A stretch of DNA of 18,643 nucleotides. It comes from Octopus sinensis (Eukaryota). The first letter of the stretch is position 1; every line of letters starts with the position of its first letter. A model generated the notes under the pieces. It searched no databases, was not told where the DNA came from, and saw nothing but the letters and a program-made list of their open reading frames with translations. Where the stretch lies: the NCBI RefSeq assembly GCF_006345805.1, contig NW_021824432.1, forward strand, positions 1-18,643, in the 5' to 3' direction. Made by a program: the position numbers and the translations under genes. This document shows, in pieces, positions 18,575-18,643 of the stretch.

Positions 18575-18643
18575 ACAGTTTTTCGAGATCAGTGACGAAA
18601 ACTTACTGGAAAAAACATATAAGGATTTGCATTGGGACTCCTT

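Overview
AT-rich, repeat-saturated eukaryotic non-coding DNA. The tRNA-derived SINE families and microsatellite load suggest an octopus/cephalopod genome (inference). No complete protein-coding gene is present, and most ORFs in the track are microsatellite or SINE artefacts. The window is a nest of mobile elements: three tRNA-derived SINE families (here A, B, C), an RTE-tailed non-autonomous retroposon, and decayed LINE fragments (L1/Tx1-like; R4/Dong-like with a restriction-like endonuclease). It also holds a full-length decayed mariner, a second Tc1/mariner-superfamily fragment, piggyBac-like and mariner-like MITEs, a Helitron with a Pif1-helicase remnant and an 86-bp minisatellite. The most notable signal is seven minimal hammerhead-ribozyme-like motifs (CUGAnGA-stemII-GAAA-palindrome-UH) in several unrelated short elements, mostly next to (TA)n tracts, as expected for Penelope-like pLTR remnants. 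Several share a non-canonical stem II base and one carries an internal antisense copy of its own core. Also notable: a 125-bp target-site duplication, a SINE with a triplicated body, a LINE/SINE shared 3' tail, a 33-bp-arm hairpin and weak candidate exons on the minus strand. Coordinates were counted by hand; element ends are approximate.
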